Shown here one piece after another: positions 1-11,700 of a stretch of 64,000 bases of DNA. Made by a program: the position numbers and the translations under genes. Under the pieces are notes generated by a model. The model was not told the origin of the DNA, made no database searches, and was given only the letters and a program-made list of their open reading frames with translations. Source of the DNA: Octopus sinensis (Eukaryota); NCBI RefSeq assembly GCF_006345805.1, contig NC_043004.1, forward strand, positions 34,968,001 through 35,032,000. The letters are read 5' to 3'. Position 1 is the first letter of the stretch; each line of letters starts with the position of its first letter.

Positions 1-338
1 GACTATAAGGAAAGAGAAGTGAATAACTAGAAGCAGTGTCAAAATACCTGGGCAATCAAAATGTGTATCTCACATTTTAATTCTTTGCTAGGCCTCAGAT
101 CAAAGTATTAGCAAACACTCTTTTACTAAATGAGTTCCCATTCAACCTTAAATTTGCTAGTTGTACTTTCATATATATGTTACAAAACTTCCACAGTCAT
201 TTTGTATTGCACTGGGTTTCCCCTACAAAACGCCAGTGTTCAAAACATTGTTGAACTTTATTTCTGATGCAAAATGTAAACACGTTTGTTTCATTCTTGT
301 CTGCATAGAGCCTGTTTTATTGTTATTTCACCAGAAAC

Positions 339-366
339 ATGGCAACTCATTTGGTTCTATGGGCAG
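339..366 (+). CDS. Weak candidate first coding exon (MATHLVLWA, phase-1 donor)
   Basis: Pyrimidine-rich acceptor ttattgttatttcaccAG ends at 334; AAACATGG start context (ATG 339); donor CAG|GTACAA at 367. No homology recognised and no downstream partner exon established. Confidence 0.15.
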
Positions 367-771
367 GTACAAACCCAAACTACACCAATCTAATAAGCTA
401 AAAAGAGAACTTTAGTAAAAGCAGACAAATTCCCTTGAATTGCAACTGACAGTCTTAAAAAGGAAAGGACATACTGGTTATTGTGGATGTAGATGGGATG
501 GTCCTGGCTGGCATACTTTTGATCATAGGTTTATTCTGTCAGGATTGATTTAGGATGAAAGAAGACCACACCACCACCAACACTTCTCAGCCAAACCTGT
601 TCTTTACAAACTCAAATTGTTTATGGTACTATCATGACTTTCAGTTGTCATCCATTGCTCAATTGCAATTTGACTGTCATTGAGAAGGCTTAATCAAACT
701 AAAACACTGGTGTCTGATGATCTGTTGACATCATTCTAAATTAGCAGTTTTTAAAATGAAATATCACTTAA

Positions 772-988
772 CCCTTTTGATACCAACCTGCCTCTGGCTA
801 CCCATGGTCCTACGACATGAATTTTCAGTTTTATTTCTAACCTAAAACTTTCCATCAAAAATTTTATGTTCATTTATGTTTCAAATACCCGCATAATAAT
901 GACAAAATTATTTGGATAAATTCTTCATTATTCTCAAAATTAATTGAAACAAGATAGTGTACTTCAGCAAAAGAATGGTAACAAAAAG
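772..988. mobile_element. piggyBac-like MITE
   Basis: TTAA on both flanks (768-771, 989-992); imperfect TIRs CCCTTTTGATACCA / TGGTAACAAAAAG. Confidence 0.6.
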
Positions 989-1839
989 TTAAGAGAAGTT
1001 TCTCTGAGACAAATTATTACAGTTGGTGCTGTTTAATGTTTGTATATTCATTATAAATATTATACATAATGTTATTTCAAGGGTGTATATAGATGTAATA
1101 TGTGTTCAGTTAATGTAGTTTATGATAGTACTTTACTGTACCTTCTGATTAATTTAGTAAAGAGCTTAATAACCATATAGCAGATACTGTTAATATACCA
1201 GTAACAATCTCTGATGAACTTCCAACTTAACATATATTTATTGCTTTAATTATTCATATAACCTTGCTGAAAATGACTTTAAGACATTCCTCTTTAATCC
1301 ACTTGGGATACCAGTGATAAATTGCTACTTCACTAATGTTCCTTATTTAATACTTTCCTATGTGTTTCTATCTTTGATAGTAAGTATCCAGCACTGTTTC
1401 AGTGTCATCTTGATTCCAGTAAACACACAGTGTAATGACTAATTTGTGTAATTCAGAGCTTTCATCATAACAGAGTGCTACATTAACAAATACCCTGCTC
1501 TTCGCTTCTTTCCTCTTTCTTACAATACATTACACCTTACTCCCCATCCAGCATTCCCATATCACTCTTTCTTACTTTATTTCCTCTGCCAACACACAAA
1601 TGCAACTCTCTGCAACTCTAATCCTGTTTTCTCCATATTACATCTCCTTAGCTTCTTATAAGAAGCTTACATACCATTGCTCATTCATTTTGATTCATTT
1701 CTTGCTATACTAAGTTCCTCTTCTTCTTTTTCTCATCATCCTCTTTTTCACCAGTTCCTATACCTATCTCTCTATATTTATCTACCTATCAATATCTCTA
1801 TTTATTTATCTATTTCACCAATATCTCTATGTGTTCTCA

Positions 1840-2175
1840 TCATCATCATCATCATCATCATCATTTTTGTTTAACATCTACTTTCCATGCTAGCATGGGT
1901 TGGACAGTTCGACCGAGGTCTGGGAAGCCAGGAGGCTGCACCAGGCCCAGTCTGATCTGGCAGTGTTTCTACATCTGGATGCCCTTTCTAACGCCAACCA
2001 CTCCATGAGTGTAGTGGGTGCTTTTTATGTGCCACCAGCAGAGGTGCCAGGTGAAGCTGGCAACGGCCACGATCGGTTGGTGCTTTTTACGTGCCACCGG
2101 CACGGAGGCCAGTCAAGGCAGCGCTGGCAATGGCCACGTTCGAATGGTTCTTTTACATGCCACTGGTATCACAAC
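1840..2175 (-). mobile_element. Orphan copy of the RTE-associated 3' module with (GAT)n tail
   Basis: Reverse complement of the module GGCGTTAGGAAGGGCATCCAG...CCAACCCATGCTAGCATGGAAAG..GACGTTAAA(TGA)n that terminates the RTE at 15.9-16.06 kb. Confidence 0.75.
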
Positions 2176-3433
2176 TACAATTTCCATTCTGATTTATATA
2201 ATAAATTTTCCCACTTAATATAATAATGTGTAGTCTTGTTCTCTTTTCATTTAGATTAATAGTTATCACTTGTTGCTCTTTAAATTCTTGGACAAGCAAT
2301 GTAAACCCCCATCCTTCAACAATCTTCTTTCAGAAACATAATTCTTTTATTCTACACTAAATCTAAAGCAATATTTTGGCAGTGTGGTAATCACTATTCA
2401 AATTTTCAGCTGGCATTTTATTCAAATTTTAAATGTTCTTAACAATCACAAACAAATATGGCATGGAACATATTATTTGTTTTAATGTTATTTTAGAATT
2501 TTTCCTGTTTTTCCAATATTCTAATAATAAAACAAGTCTGTTGCCTAAGTATGTTACTAAATCAAACATTTGTATGATGCATTTAAGAATAATTTTAAAT
2601 GAAAATACTTAGAGTAAGAAAATGTAATTATATTTATCTTATCCACATGCTCATTATTCTGCTGAGATCAGAATACTAATTCTTCTTTCAAGTTTATTTA
2701 GTGAAAAAAAAAAACCCACAAAAAAACACAGAACAGTAAAAGGTTTTAGCAAGTAACCAAGCTATCTGAAATTGTTGTGCACAATTTCTATCAGTTTTCC
2801 TTTGATTATTCTCTCATTTTCCACTCGCAACAAATCCATTAGATTTTTCAATATGGTGTTCTTCACAGCATATTCTTTATCATGGCAATTTTTTTTATTC
2901 ATTCATTTTAGTTTATTCCTAAAGTTATATTTGTAGAAAACTTCAAACATACATTATTATAAATGCCAGAATTGAGCTATTTCCCAATATGTGTATTTTA
3001 ACTTCAGCATTTGTAACTCTTTTGTAATTTTTTTCTTAAAATAAGTGATAAGAAAGAATTATTTTCTCATCACATAAATTTAAAACAGGATAGTAATTTA
3101 AAACAATTATATTGCTTGGGATTGTACTTTATTATACTCCATTCATTACATTATGTAGAAAGAAAGTCAAGAAACTGTTTTAAGAGCTCATGCATCACTT
3201 CTCTGCTCTTTTTCAGAAAACTATATTAATTTAGTGAGATATAAGAACATTTCAAGTAAGAGAATATCCATTTTTCATAACTCTAGTTGTTTACCACTAA
3301 GATGCACATCCATCCAGAAGAGTAGGTTTACTCTTGAATTAAATGTGGCCTCACCTGATCCTGTCCACAACTGGTTCCAATTGTAGCTGCTGTTGTATAA
3401 CCCTATTTTTATGTTTACTTTGTTTTTGTAGAC

Positions 3434-3472
3434 GGATTTGATTTAGTAGACGGAAACTGAAAGAAGCTTGTC

Positions 3473-3508
<36 letters not shown>

Positions 3509-3850
3509 TAAAACATCAGTTGTGAAGCGATGGTAGGGGGACAAACACAGATGCACAAATACACACACACACATATATATATATACATACATACACACAC
3601 ACACACACACATTATCAATGCATATATATGCATATATATACATATACATATATGTATTTGTGCATCTGTGTTTGTCCCCCTACCATCGCTTGACAACTGA
3701 TGTTGGTGTGTTTACATCCCAGTAACTTAGTGATTTGGCAAAAGAGACTGATAGAAAAAGTATAAGGCTTACAAAGAATAAGTGCTGGGGTTGATTAGTT
3801 CAACTAAAAGTTGTGCTCCAGTATGGCTGCAGTCAAATGATTGAAAGAAG
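3434..3850 (+). mobile_element. SINE family A copy lacking its head
   Basis: Matches the body and tail of the full copies at 16077 and 24726, including the internal (TA)/(CA) microsatellite. Confidence 0.75.
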
Positions 3851-4344
3851 TATATATATTGGATTTGTACCAACTTTGATTTGAATTAAAGATCGTCTAC
3901 ACCTGTATATATAATTTTTCCTTTCCTTATACTTTGTATATATATGGGTTTGGCAGCAGTTGATGTACTGATGACAATGACAACGACAATGATGGGAGTT
4001 GGGGGTGAGGAGGATGGTGGTGGTGCAGCTGCTGCCACTGCTGGTGGTGGTGGTTGTGGTGATGATGATGGTGATGATGATGATGATATTACCTGGCTCT
4101 TCAAATTCCTGGTTAGGTGTCTTATGAATAGAAATGTTCAAAATGGTTTATTTGTCTAGTAATCTACTGTGACCCTCAGCATTTTTGTGTGACATAAAGG
4201 TGAGCAAATACCTAATTAAACAGGCTTTTCATGTCAAAAGATGATATTTGGTAAACCAAGGAATTTGACTGAGTTTGCAATCACGATTGACCAAAAATAG
4301 GTCCTGTCTCTGGAATCAGTAAGGATTTCATGAGCAAGGATATA

Positions 4345-4495
4345 TTTCTTTACTGCCCACAAGGAGCTAAACATAGAGGGGACAAACAAGGACAGACAAA
4401 GGGATTAAGTTGATTACATCGACTCCAGTGCATAACTGGTACTTATTTAATCGACCCCGAAAGGATGAAAAGCAAAGTTGACCTCGGCGGAATTA
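4345..4495 (-). mobile_element. SINE family B (Nin/Deu-domain-like), partial
   Basis: Reverse complement reads GCCGAGGTCAACTTTGCTTTTCATCCTTTCGGGGTCGATTAAATAAGTACCAGT, resembling the Nin/Deu SINE central domain from memory. Confidence 0.65.
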
Positions 4496-5011
4496 ATGAT
4501 AACAAACACTTTTAAATCAAACTAGTAGCACCGAAACTAAAGTTGGCCAAATATGTTTATGGACTCTACTGGCCCGTATAAGATTATGGGTCTATTGACC
4601 ATTGTTTCTCTCTAAAACCTGAATGGGAAAGAAGTTTTGTCTGTTGTCCATGACAATCAGGAATATTAAATTCACATGAAGCAATTTTTAATGAATTGCC
4701 CAGTGATTAGTGATCAGTATTGCTCTTAGAATATTGACTATTGCAATTCTATCTGTATTTATTTTACCCAGTTACCATATGGCTATAAAGGAGCCTTAAC
4801 ATGGTTGATTAAATTGCTAAAACTAATAGGCACAGGAGTAGCTGTGTGGTAAGAAGCTGGCTTACGAACCACATGGTTCTGGGTTCAGTCCCACTGCGTG
4901 GCACCTTGGGCAAGTGTCTTCAACTATAGCCTCAGGCTGATTAAAGCTTTGTGAGTGGATTTGGTAGACGAAAAGGGAAAGAAGCCCATCGTATATATGT
5001 ATATGTACATA

Positions 5012-5560
5012 TATAACGGAAGCTTTATGAAAATAAACAAAAGACGAAGGCAGGTGGAAAACAAACGAACAATTGTATTAGTATGGCGCTCAGGAAATAT
5101 AAATAAAACAAGTCTTTAACGTTTCGAGCCCACGCTCTTCAACAGAAAGATACACAGAGAGAGAAAAAACAAGAAGGGAGAGAAAAAAAATGCGTGCAGT
5201 AGCTACGAATCAACATGGCAATCTGATTTCGGCCAGAGGTCAAAGATCAAACATGAGACGCGAGAGCGAAATAAGGGGAGATAATAGGGTTGATAAAGGG
5301 GTGAGGGACCAGCTAAAAGTGCGTGGGGGGGGTCTGGATGTGTGTATGTATAGGGTTGGTGTATGTATTAGTATGTATAATATGTGTGTGTGTGTGTGTG
5401 TGTGTGTGTATGAGAGAGTTTAGTGCGTAGGTAGGATTGGTCTGGACGTGCGTATGTATGGGGTTGGTGTATGTATTAGTATGTATTAGTATGTATTAGT
5501 ACGTATTGGTATGTATAGGTGTGTGTGTGTGTGAGAGAGTATAAGTGCGTATGCGGGGTC
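5012..5560 (-). mobile_element. Putative Penelope-like terminal fragment carrying a hammerhead motif
   Basis: Homologous to 58960-59230 (+); contains a minimal hammerhead-like fold at 5113-5150. Confidence 0.55.
5113..5150 (-). ncRNA. Minimal type I hammerhead ribozyme-like motif (variant core CUGUUGA)
   Basis: TCTTT-CTGTTGA-A-GAGC-GTGG-GCTC-GAAA-CG-TT-AAAGA: 5-bp stem I, 4-bp stem II, palindromic ACGT in place of stem III. Confidence 0.6.
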
Positions 5561-5603
<43 letters not shown>

Positions 5604-7149
5604 GTGTGTATATGTTGTGTATTTATGTTTGTCCCCCCAACATTGCTTGACAACTGATGTTGGTGTGTTTAGGTCCCTGTAACTTAGTGGTTCAGCAAAA
5701 GAGACTGATAGAATAAGTACAAGGCTTACAAAGAATAAGTCCTGGGGTCGATTTGATTCGACTAAAGGTGGTGCTCCAGCATGGCCACAGTCAAATGACT
5801 GAAACAAGTAAAAGTGTAAAGAGAAAGAGAGAGAGCCAAATCTCCCTCATATCACATCATACCAACTCAAGAAAATTTGAAAAGCAAAGAATGGGTGGCA
5901 CATTGTACTCCTACATACATTATGCCTGAAAAGAGTCAGGATGTTTGTGGCTGGAACTTCTTTGAATACAAGTCTGCTTGATCAGAGCCAATCAGGGCTA
6001 ACCCACAACAATGGCAACTAAGGATTTTTCCTTTCTGAGATGAAGAGAGAAGTTTCCAGGAAAGGAAAATAGGAAAGTATATAAATAAGTATGGTTTGTT
6101 GAGATAGTTTTATGATATGAAAGGGTCAAAGAAACAGGGATTTCTCTTGCAGTACCATATTGACCAAGAAGATTGAAATTAAAGAGAACCAAGCAGTTTT
6201 CAAAGGTAATTCCACAACAGATTCCGTATGTTAAGAATATAACATACTTCCGATGACAAAGAAAACCAATAGAAAAAGGTAAAATAATAGGAATGGTTGA
6301 TATGAAAAGAATGAAATCATAAAACGAGGCTGGAAAGTAATGATAGTAATAAGAAAAGATTGAAAGAGAAACTGAATTATAAAGTTTTCAATAGAATAAG
6401 GGTTTATAACGGAAGTATTAAAGGATGAGAATAACTGGAGAAAGATGGAAACGGAAATATGGATTCTGAGTAAGGTATTGTGTAATTGTAAAAATTGGTT
6501 AACAGTATTATGTTGCTATGTAAGTCTTATTTCCATATTTCTTTCGGCGAATCAAAGAAAAAAAGAATCTCATACTTTTCTAAATAATTCTCTGAAATTA
6601 TTAGGGGAAACAGCTGGACATTAAAGGCGTTCACTGAAGTATATAACAGATAAGATGTCTAGATTAGAAAGAGATCAGAAGATATATGCTGAAGACTGAA
6701 TTGTTGTCACACAAATGTGGTAGATATTGTGGTATATGTAAAGGAAGAAACACTTAAAAATGATTGAAGTAATTAAGTTAGATTTTTGAAGTATTAATGA
6801 AAACAGGATTAGACATTACTCAGTCAGTTAATCAGGGCAGTATGAATAAAGAAAAGCATTCTTCCAAAATTAAAGTTTTCAGATCTACAATATATATATG
6901 GAGAGAAAGGTTATGTGCTTTGGTCCAGTAGATATGACAAGTCACCTATACTGCTAAGAACAATAATAGTCATGAAACTAATGGTAACTTTCTGACCCCA
7001 GCTATAACCAATGACTACATATAATATATATATGTATATATCTTTTAAATTAATTTATTGTAATGTTAAAAGTATGCAAATAAAGCTCCTATTTTATTAT
7101 GCTGGCTATCATCTAATGATACTGTCTAATGATATATATATATACATAT

Positions 7150-7365
7150 ATATATATGCCAGTACCGTCAGACTGGCACTTGTGCCGGTGGCATGTAAAA
7201 GCACCCACTACATTCACAGAGTGGTAGGCGTTAGGAAGGGCAATCAGCTGTAGAAATTCTGCCAGATCAGATTGGAGTCTGGTGCAGCCATCTGGTTCAC
7301 CAGACCTCTGTCAAATCGTCCAACCCAAGCTAACAAGGAAAGCAGACATTAAACTATGATGATGA
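7150..7365 (+). mobile_element. Orphan RTE-associated 3' module
   Basis: GGCGTTAGGAAGGGCAATCAGCTGTAGAAA...GACATTAAACTATGATGATG. Confidence 0.7.
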
Positions 7366-7511
7366 TATATATGTATGTATATGGGAAACGTTTTGAATAT
7401 GCAAATAAAGCTCCTATTCCATTATGCTGACCACAGTCCAAAGATGCTGACTGGTGGACCAATTTTTTGGGGTTGCGTTGAGCTGTACTGATATAATGTA
7501 GGATAAATTTG

Positions 7512-7937
7512 ATAATAACAATAATCCTTGGATGGAATTTATAAACATTCAATGCATTGCTATGCGCATTTCCACAAATTGTATGTCTCTTAAGATCTCC
7601 GTCCGTATTGCTGAGATGATTACAGTGTAGTCGATAGTATCTATGGGTATTGGGTTGATCATCTTCATAGATTCATTCCTTCAAGTGATAGCATCGTAGG
7701 CAACTCTTGAGATCTACTGGTCAGAAGCACATAACCTTCATTCTGGTAAAAAGGGATAAGCATCCCTCTGTTGAACATCCATTATTGTTATATCACCTGA
7801 AGAAATGAATCCGTGAAGATGACCAACCAAACACCCACAGATACTACAGACTGCGATCTTAAGAGACATGTGGTTTGGGGAAATGTGCGTAGTGGTGCAT
7901 TAAATGTTTATAAATTCCATCCAAGGATTGTTATTAT
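7512..7937. mobile_element. Foldback/MITE-like long imperfect palindrome
   Basis: Arms 7512-7690 and 7791-7937 are reverse complements (e.g. AATCCTTGGATGGAATTTATAAACATT / AATGTTTATAAATTCCATCCAAGGATT) around a 100-nt spacer. Confidence 0.75.
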
Positions 7938-7938
7938 A

Positions 7939-8835
7939 TACTGGGTCATCTCATAAATAATGTCTTTTTTTATACTATTATTTTTCAAAATTAAGATGAA
8001 CAAAGTTCTTTTTTAATCTGAAATATACTCTCCTGCATTTTCTACAATGCTCATCCATCTATCTGGTAGACTTGCAAGGCTCCTCTTCCAAAATTCACTT
8101 GTCCCTGATGAAAAATACTCCTCCAGTACTATTCTGACCTCATCTGCAGAATTCCTATTTTTTCCATCCAAATGATTTTGAAGATTGTAGAATAAATTGT
8201 AATCAGATGGGGCAATGTCTGGCAAATATGGTGGGGAGGGCATCGTTTCCCATTCAAACTGCTCCAACCTTTGGAATGTCATTCTCGCTGTATGTGGGCA
8301 AACATTACCCTGATGGAAGAACACCTTTTGTCTTGAAACCAAAGATTATTTTCCTTCTAGCTTGACTTGAATGACTAAGTCCAAGCTTCTCTGCTAAATC
8401 CTCAACAGTTACAATGGAATTTTGTTCCACCAGGGTTTGCAGGACATCCTCGTCAAGCTCTACAGATCTTCCAGCATGAAGCTCGTCTTCTAGGCTGTAG
8501 TTTCCGGGTCGGAATTTCTAGAACCACCGTTGACACTGGTTTCTGCTTATTGTCCAATCCTCATATGCTGCATTAATATTCCTTGCACTTTTCATTGCCT
8601 TGTCTTTACTGAACTCATAAAGCAAAATATGCCAAATATTCTTTGTCATTTCCATTATAACTTTGAAAAAATAGCTGTTAAAATCAAACTGCACTCTTCA
8701 AAACTTGCTCTAAGAATAAGGTCAAATTAAAATTACAACATGCTTTTATAGCAAGTTAATGCAGTTAGTTTATCCCATCCCCCACTTGACATTTAGTTCA
8801 TAGTATTGAAAAAACTGCATTATTTATGGGATGAC

Positions 8836-8841
<6 letters not shown>
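7939..8841 (-). mobile_element. Internally deleted mariner element
   Basis: TIRs TACTGGGTCATCTCATAAATAATG / CATTATTTATGGGATGACCAAATA flanked by TA. ORF 8342-8013 has FHQGNVCPH (HDNARPH-like) and PPYLPDIAPSDY (YSPDLAPSDY-like); decayed N-terminal remnant at about 8400-8700. Confidence 0.9.
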
Positions 8842-8893
<52 letters not shown>

Positions 8894-8948
8894 CACAAAC
8901 ACACATATATATGTATGTGTATATATATATGGATATATATATGTATGT

Positions 8949-9329
8949 ATTAAAGATTAATGGAGAAGACGAAGTGTACCAAAAGGCAATTTATTATCAT
9001 GACAGTCATTTCGTCTTTATGGTTCACTGCACCTTAGTGCAAAGAAGACTATGTGTGAGGATTTACATTTTGGTTTCACTGTATTGAGAGATTCTATCAG
9101 TTCAGGTGAGTATGTTAGAATCTCTCAATACAGGGAAACTGAAATGTAAACTCCCATACTTAAAAACCATATTATTCCACCTGAGGAGTCTTCTTTGCGC
9201 TGTGCATTGCATTTGGTGTTATTGCACCATTCCATGCTCACTAAGGAGTTGTGCACTATGAAGACAAAATAATCGTCATGATAATAAATTCCTTTATGGT
9301 ACACTCCGTCTTCTCTATTAATCTTTAAT
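8949..9329. repeat. Inverted duplication forming a long hairpin
   Basis: Arms 8949-9096 and 9116-9329; perfect 18-bp inner stem CTGTATTGAGAGATTCTA / TAGAATCTCTCAATACAG with a 19-nt loop. Confidence 0.85.
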
Positions 9330-9454
9330 TTACAGCGATCCCTTGCCATATCGTGGTTTATTATTCAAGCTTATGTCAATTCCTCCGTGGTGTTGTTTTG
9401 CATTTATAATAAAATAAATATATATAAATAATAAAAATAATAAACAAAAAATAT

Positions 9455-9542
9455 ACAGTACAATTCTGTTTCTACTTTGCAGATTTTCACCTATCGCAGT
9501 GGGTTTTGGAACGTAACACCCATGATAGTCAAGGGGTTACTA
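9455..9542 (-). mobile_element. Tigger/pogo-like terminal fragment
   Basis: Reverse complement TAGTAACCCCTTGACTATCATGGGTGTTACGTTCCAAAACCCACTGCGATAGGTGAAAATCTGCAAAGTAG resembles Tigger-type ends; ends at TA. Confidence 0.45.
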
Positions 9543-9739
9543 TATACCCTACATGCACCCTGGAACTGCTGGAAGTTGCTCCAGTGATGAAAGTATTGTT
9601 GATGATGTCTGGGAGCCGTAAGTGGTGAATGTGCTCCGCGGACACATGGCTTACCCTGAAACAAATTTTGGATACTGCATTTAACGCATACTTTCTAAAC
9701 CTTAATCCTTTAACTTTAAAATTGAGTTATATATGTATA

Positions 9740-9975
9740 TCATCATCATCATCATCATCGTCATTTAACGTCCACTTTCCATGCTGGCATGGGTTGGACA
9801 GTTTGACTGAGAACTGGCAGGCCAGGAGTCTGTACCAGGCTCCAATCTGATTTGGTAAGGTTTCTACAACTGGATACCCTTCCTAATGCCAACCACTCTG
9901 AGAGTGTAGTGGGTGCTTTTTACATGCTACTGGCATGGGAACCAGTCAGGTGGCATTGGCCATCAGCCCCACTGG
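9740..9975 (-). mobile_element. Orphan RTE-associated 3' module
   Basis: (CAT)n followed by TTTAACGTCCACTTTCCATGCTGGCATGGGTTGGAC, the reverse complement of the terminal motif. Confidence 0.7.
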
Positions 9976-10279
9976 AAATATTCATAAAATTCATATAAGT
10001 AGTAGTTTGCAATTTTTCAGCAAAAAGGAGAATTATAATTGCCACTAAATGTGACCAGGGTTTTAGGAAACACCTACATTGCTCTAGCACCGAAGGTGTT
10101 TCTAACACCCTAGTCACACACACACACATATTTACATATGTATATATGTGTGTGTGTAAATACAACATTATGTGTACATATATAGATACTGTGATCTACA
10201 TATGTACATATATACTGTGATATACTCCATTCAAAATGTGACCGCATGTGTATCGTTAGCGATTTTTTCCTTTTCCTAT

Positions 10280-10314
10280 GTTTCTGACGAAGAGCTCTGC
10301 TCGAAATGTTAAAT
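10280..10314 (+). ncRNA. Minimal hammerhead ribozyme-like motif
   Basis: GTTT-CTGACGA-A-GAGC-TCT-GCTC-GAAA-TG-TT-AAAT; canonical CUGANGA/GAAA core and 4-bp stem II; lies in a repeat spanning about 10255-10425. Confidence 0.55.
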
Positions 10315-10756
10315 CCTCCTCCTTTCTTTCCTTTCCTGAGCATCCAATAACACTTTACTTGTTCCACGTCCTCGCGTTGTTGTGTTTTCTCTTTGTGTTT
10401 TCATGTTTGGATTAACTTTATACTGTGATATATATATATATATATATTTATATATCATAATGTCAGGTCATTCTTCAGTGCTACTGGTAACACGTAACCC
10501 AGTACAACCCATTGCCTGTACAGATCATCGGTGACTAAACTAGCAACCCCACCAAGCTTGTTTGGTGAAGAGGATGTTTGTTGGATACCCTGCGGGACAA
10601 AAAACAAAACCTGTCAAAGGGCAGAGAAATTCATAAGTAGTCAATAGTCATCCAACAAAATGTGTGTACATATGTATATATTGCTTTATATATATTTTGT
10701 TTACATTCTTAAATCTTATATTTGCACTTCGATTTTTTTCTTTTGATTTTGTATGT

Positions 10757-11509
10757 AACACACGAAACACGAACCTCAGGATGAAAAATATCAGCTAAGA
10801 TATATATTTAAGTTTCCGACCTGTTTGCTCCTTTCATTGTTTTTTTTTTTTTTTTTTTTTGCAAGTATTATTATCACCATCAAGCCTATCGTTGTCTTCG
10901 TCTCAAAGCTAGCTGAAGCATCAATACGCTTAATCTCTACCCCATCTTTCCCAACTTTCAAGAAACTTATTCACACGATCGCAAAACATTCGTCTCAAAA
11001 TTTGCAAATCTCATCCTTCCAGTGAGCGATGGCGTTTTCTCCCTCTGTTATCACTATATCTCTCTCTATCTCTTCTGCGGTGTCGTTGTCTCCCTCTGTT
11101 ATCACCATCTCTCTTCTCTGTATATTTCACTGGTTCCATAGGCTTCTGCCTCCTACTCACACCTCCGCACCCCCTCCCCTATAAAACCCATGCACGAGGC
11201 TTGACCGCCCCTTCTATTCCTTTTCTCCGGCTGTACACGAAACACGAACCTCAGGATGAAAAATATCAGCTAAGATATATATTTAAGTTTCCGACTGTTT
11301 GCTCCTTTCATTTTTTTTTTTTCAGTATTATTTCACCATCAAGCCTTATCGTTGTTTTCAAATGCTAGCTGAAGCATTTCTCAACTGGTCTTTCTGTCCT
11401 TAATCTCTACCCATCTTTCCCAACTTTCACTCATCGAAACTTATTCACACGATCGCAAAACATTTCGTCTCAAATCTTCTGCCGCCAAATCTCATCCTTC
11501 CAGTGAGCG
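10757..11509 (+). repeat. Direct duplication of about 275 bp (10757-11028 and 11232-11509)
   Basis: Both copies start ACACGAAACACGAACCTCAGGATG and end CATCCTTCCAGTGAGCG; they differ mainly by small indels. Confidence 0.85.
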
Positions 11510-11514
11510 GTGCG

Positions 11515-11630
11515 CCCGCCCTCCCGCCCCCTCCACCTGTACCGGAAGTCCTTATCTCAGCTTGTCTTCCTTTACTTTTCTTCCATGAACACCTAAAGGC
11601 CTTAAGCCAATACCACCCCTTCTATATAAG
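11515..11630 (+). promoter_or_regulatory. Possible Pol II promoter upstream of the RTE ORF
   Basis: Two CCCGCCC boxes (11515-11529), CCGGAAGT (11542-11549), CCAAT (11607-11611) and TATATAA (11623-11629) in order, about 70 bp before ATG 11701. Confidence 0.3.
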
Positions 11631-11700
11631 GTGGTGAAAATACGGCGCAAAGCATGATAGTGTAGTGTAACAGGTTGAACTTAAGATCATTGCTTTGCTT

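Larger units (their letters stand above)
4829..5830 (+). mobile_element. SINE family A split by an insertion in its internal microsatellite
   Basis: Head and CORE-like part at 4829-4995, 3' part at about 5620-5830; the sequence between is a different repeat. Confidence 0.7.

Noticed and set aside
3833-4159. Pro/Ser/Gly-rich ORFs on both strands
   Set aside because: Built from degenerate (GAT)/(GGT) trinucleotide repeats that are open in several frames; no convincing acceptor or homology.
9560-9625. Exon-like stretch MHPGTAGSCSSDESIVDDVWE followed by a GTAAGT donor
   Set aside because: No acceptor upstream (the Tigger end abuts it) and no homology.
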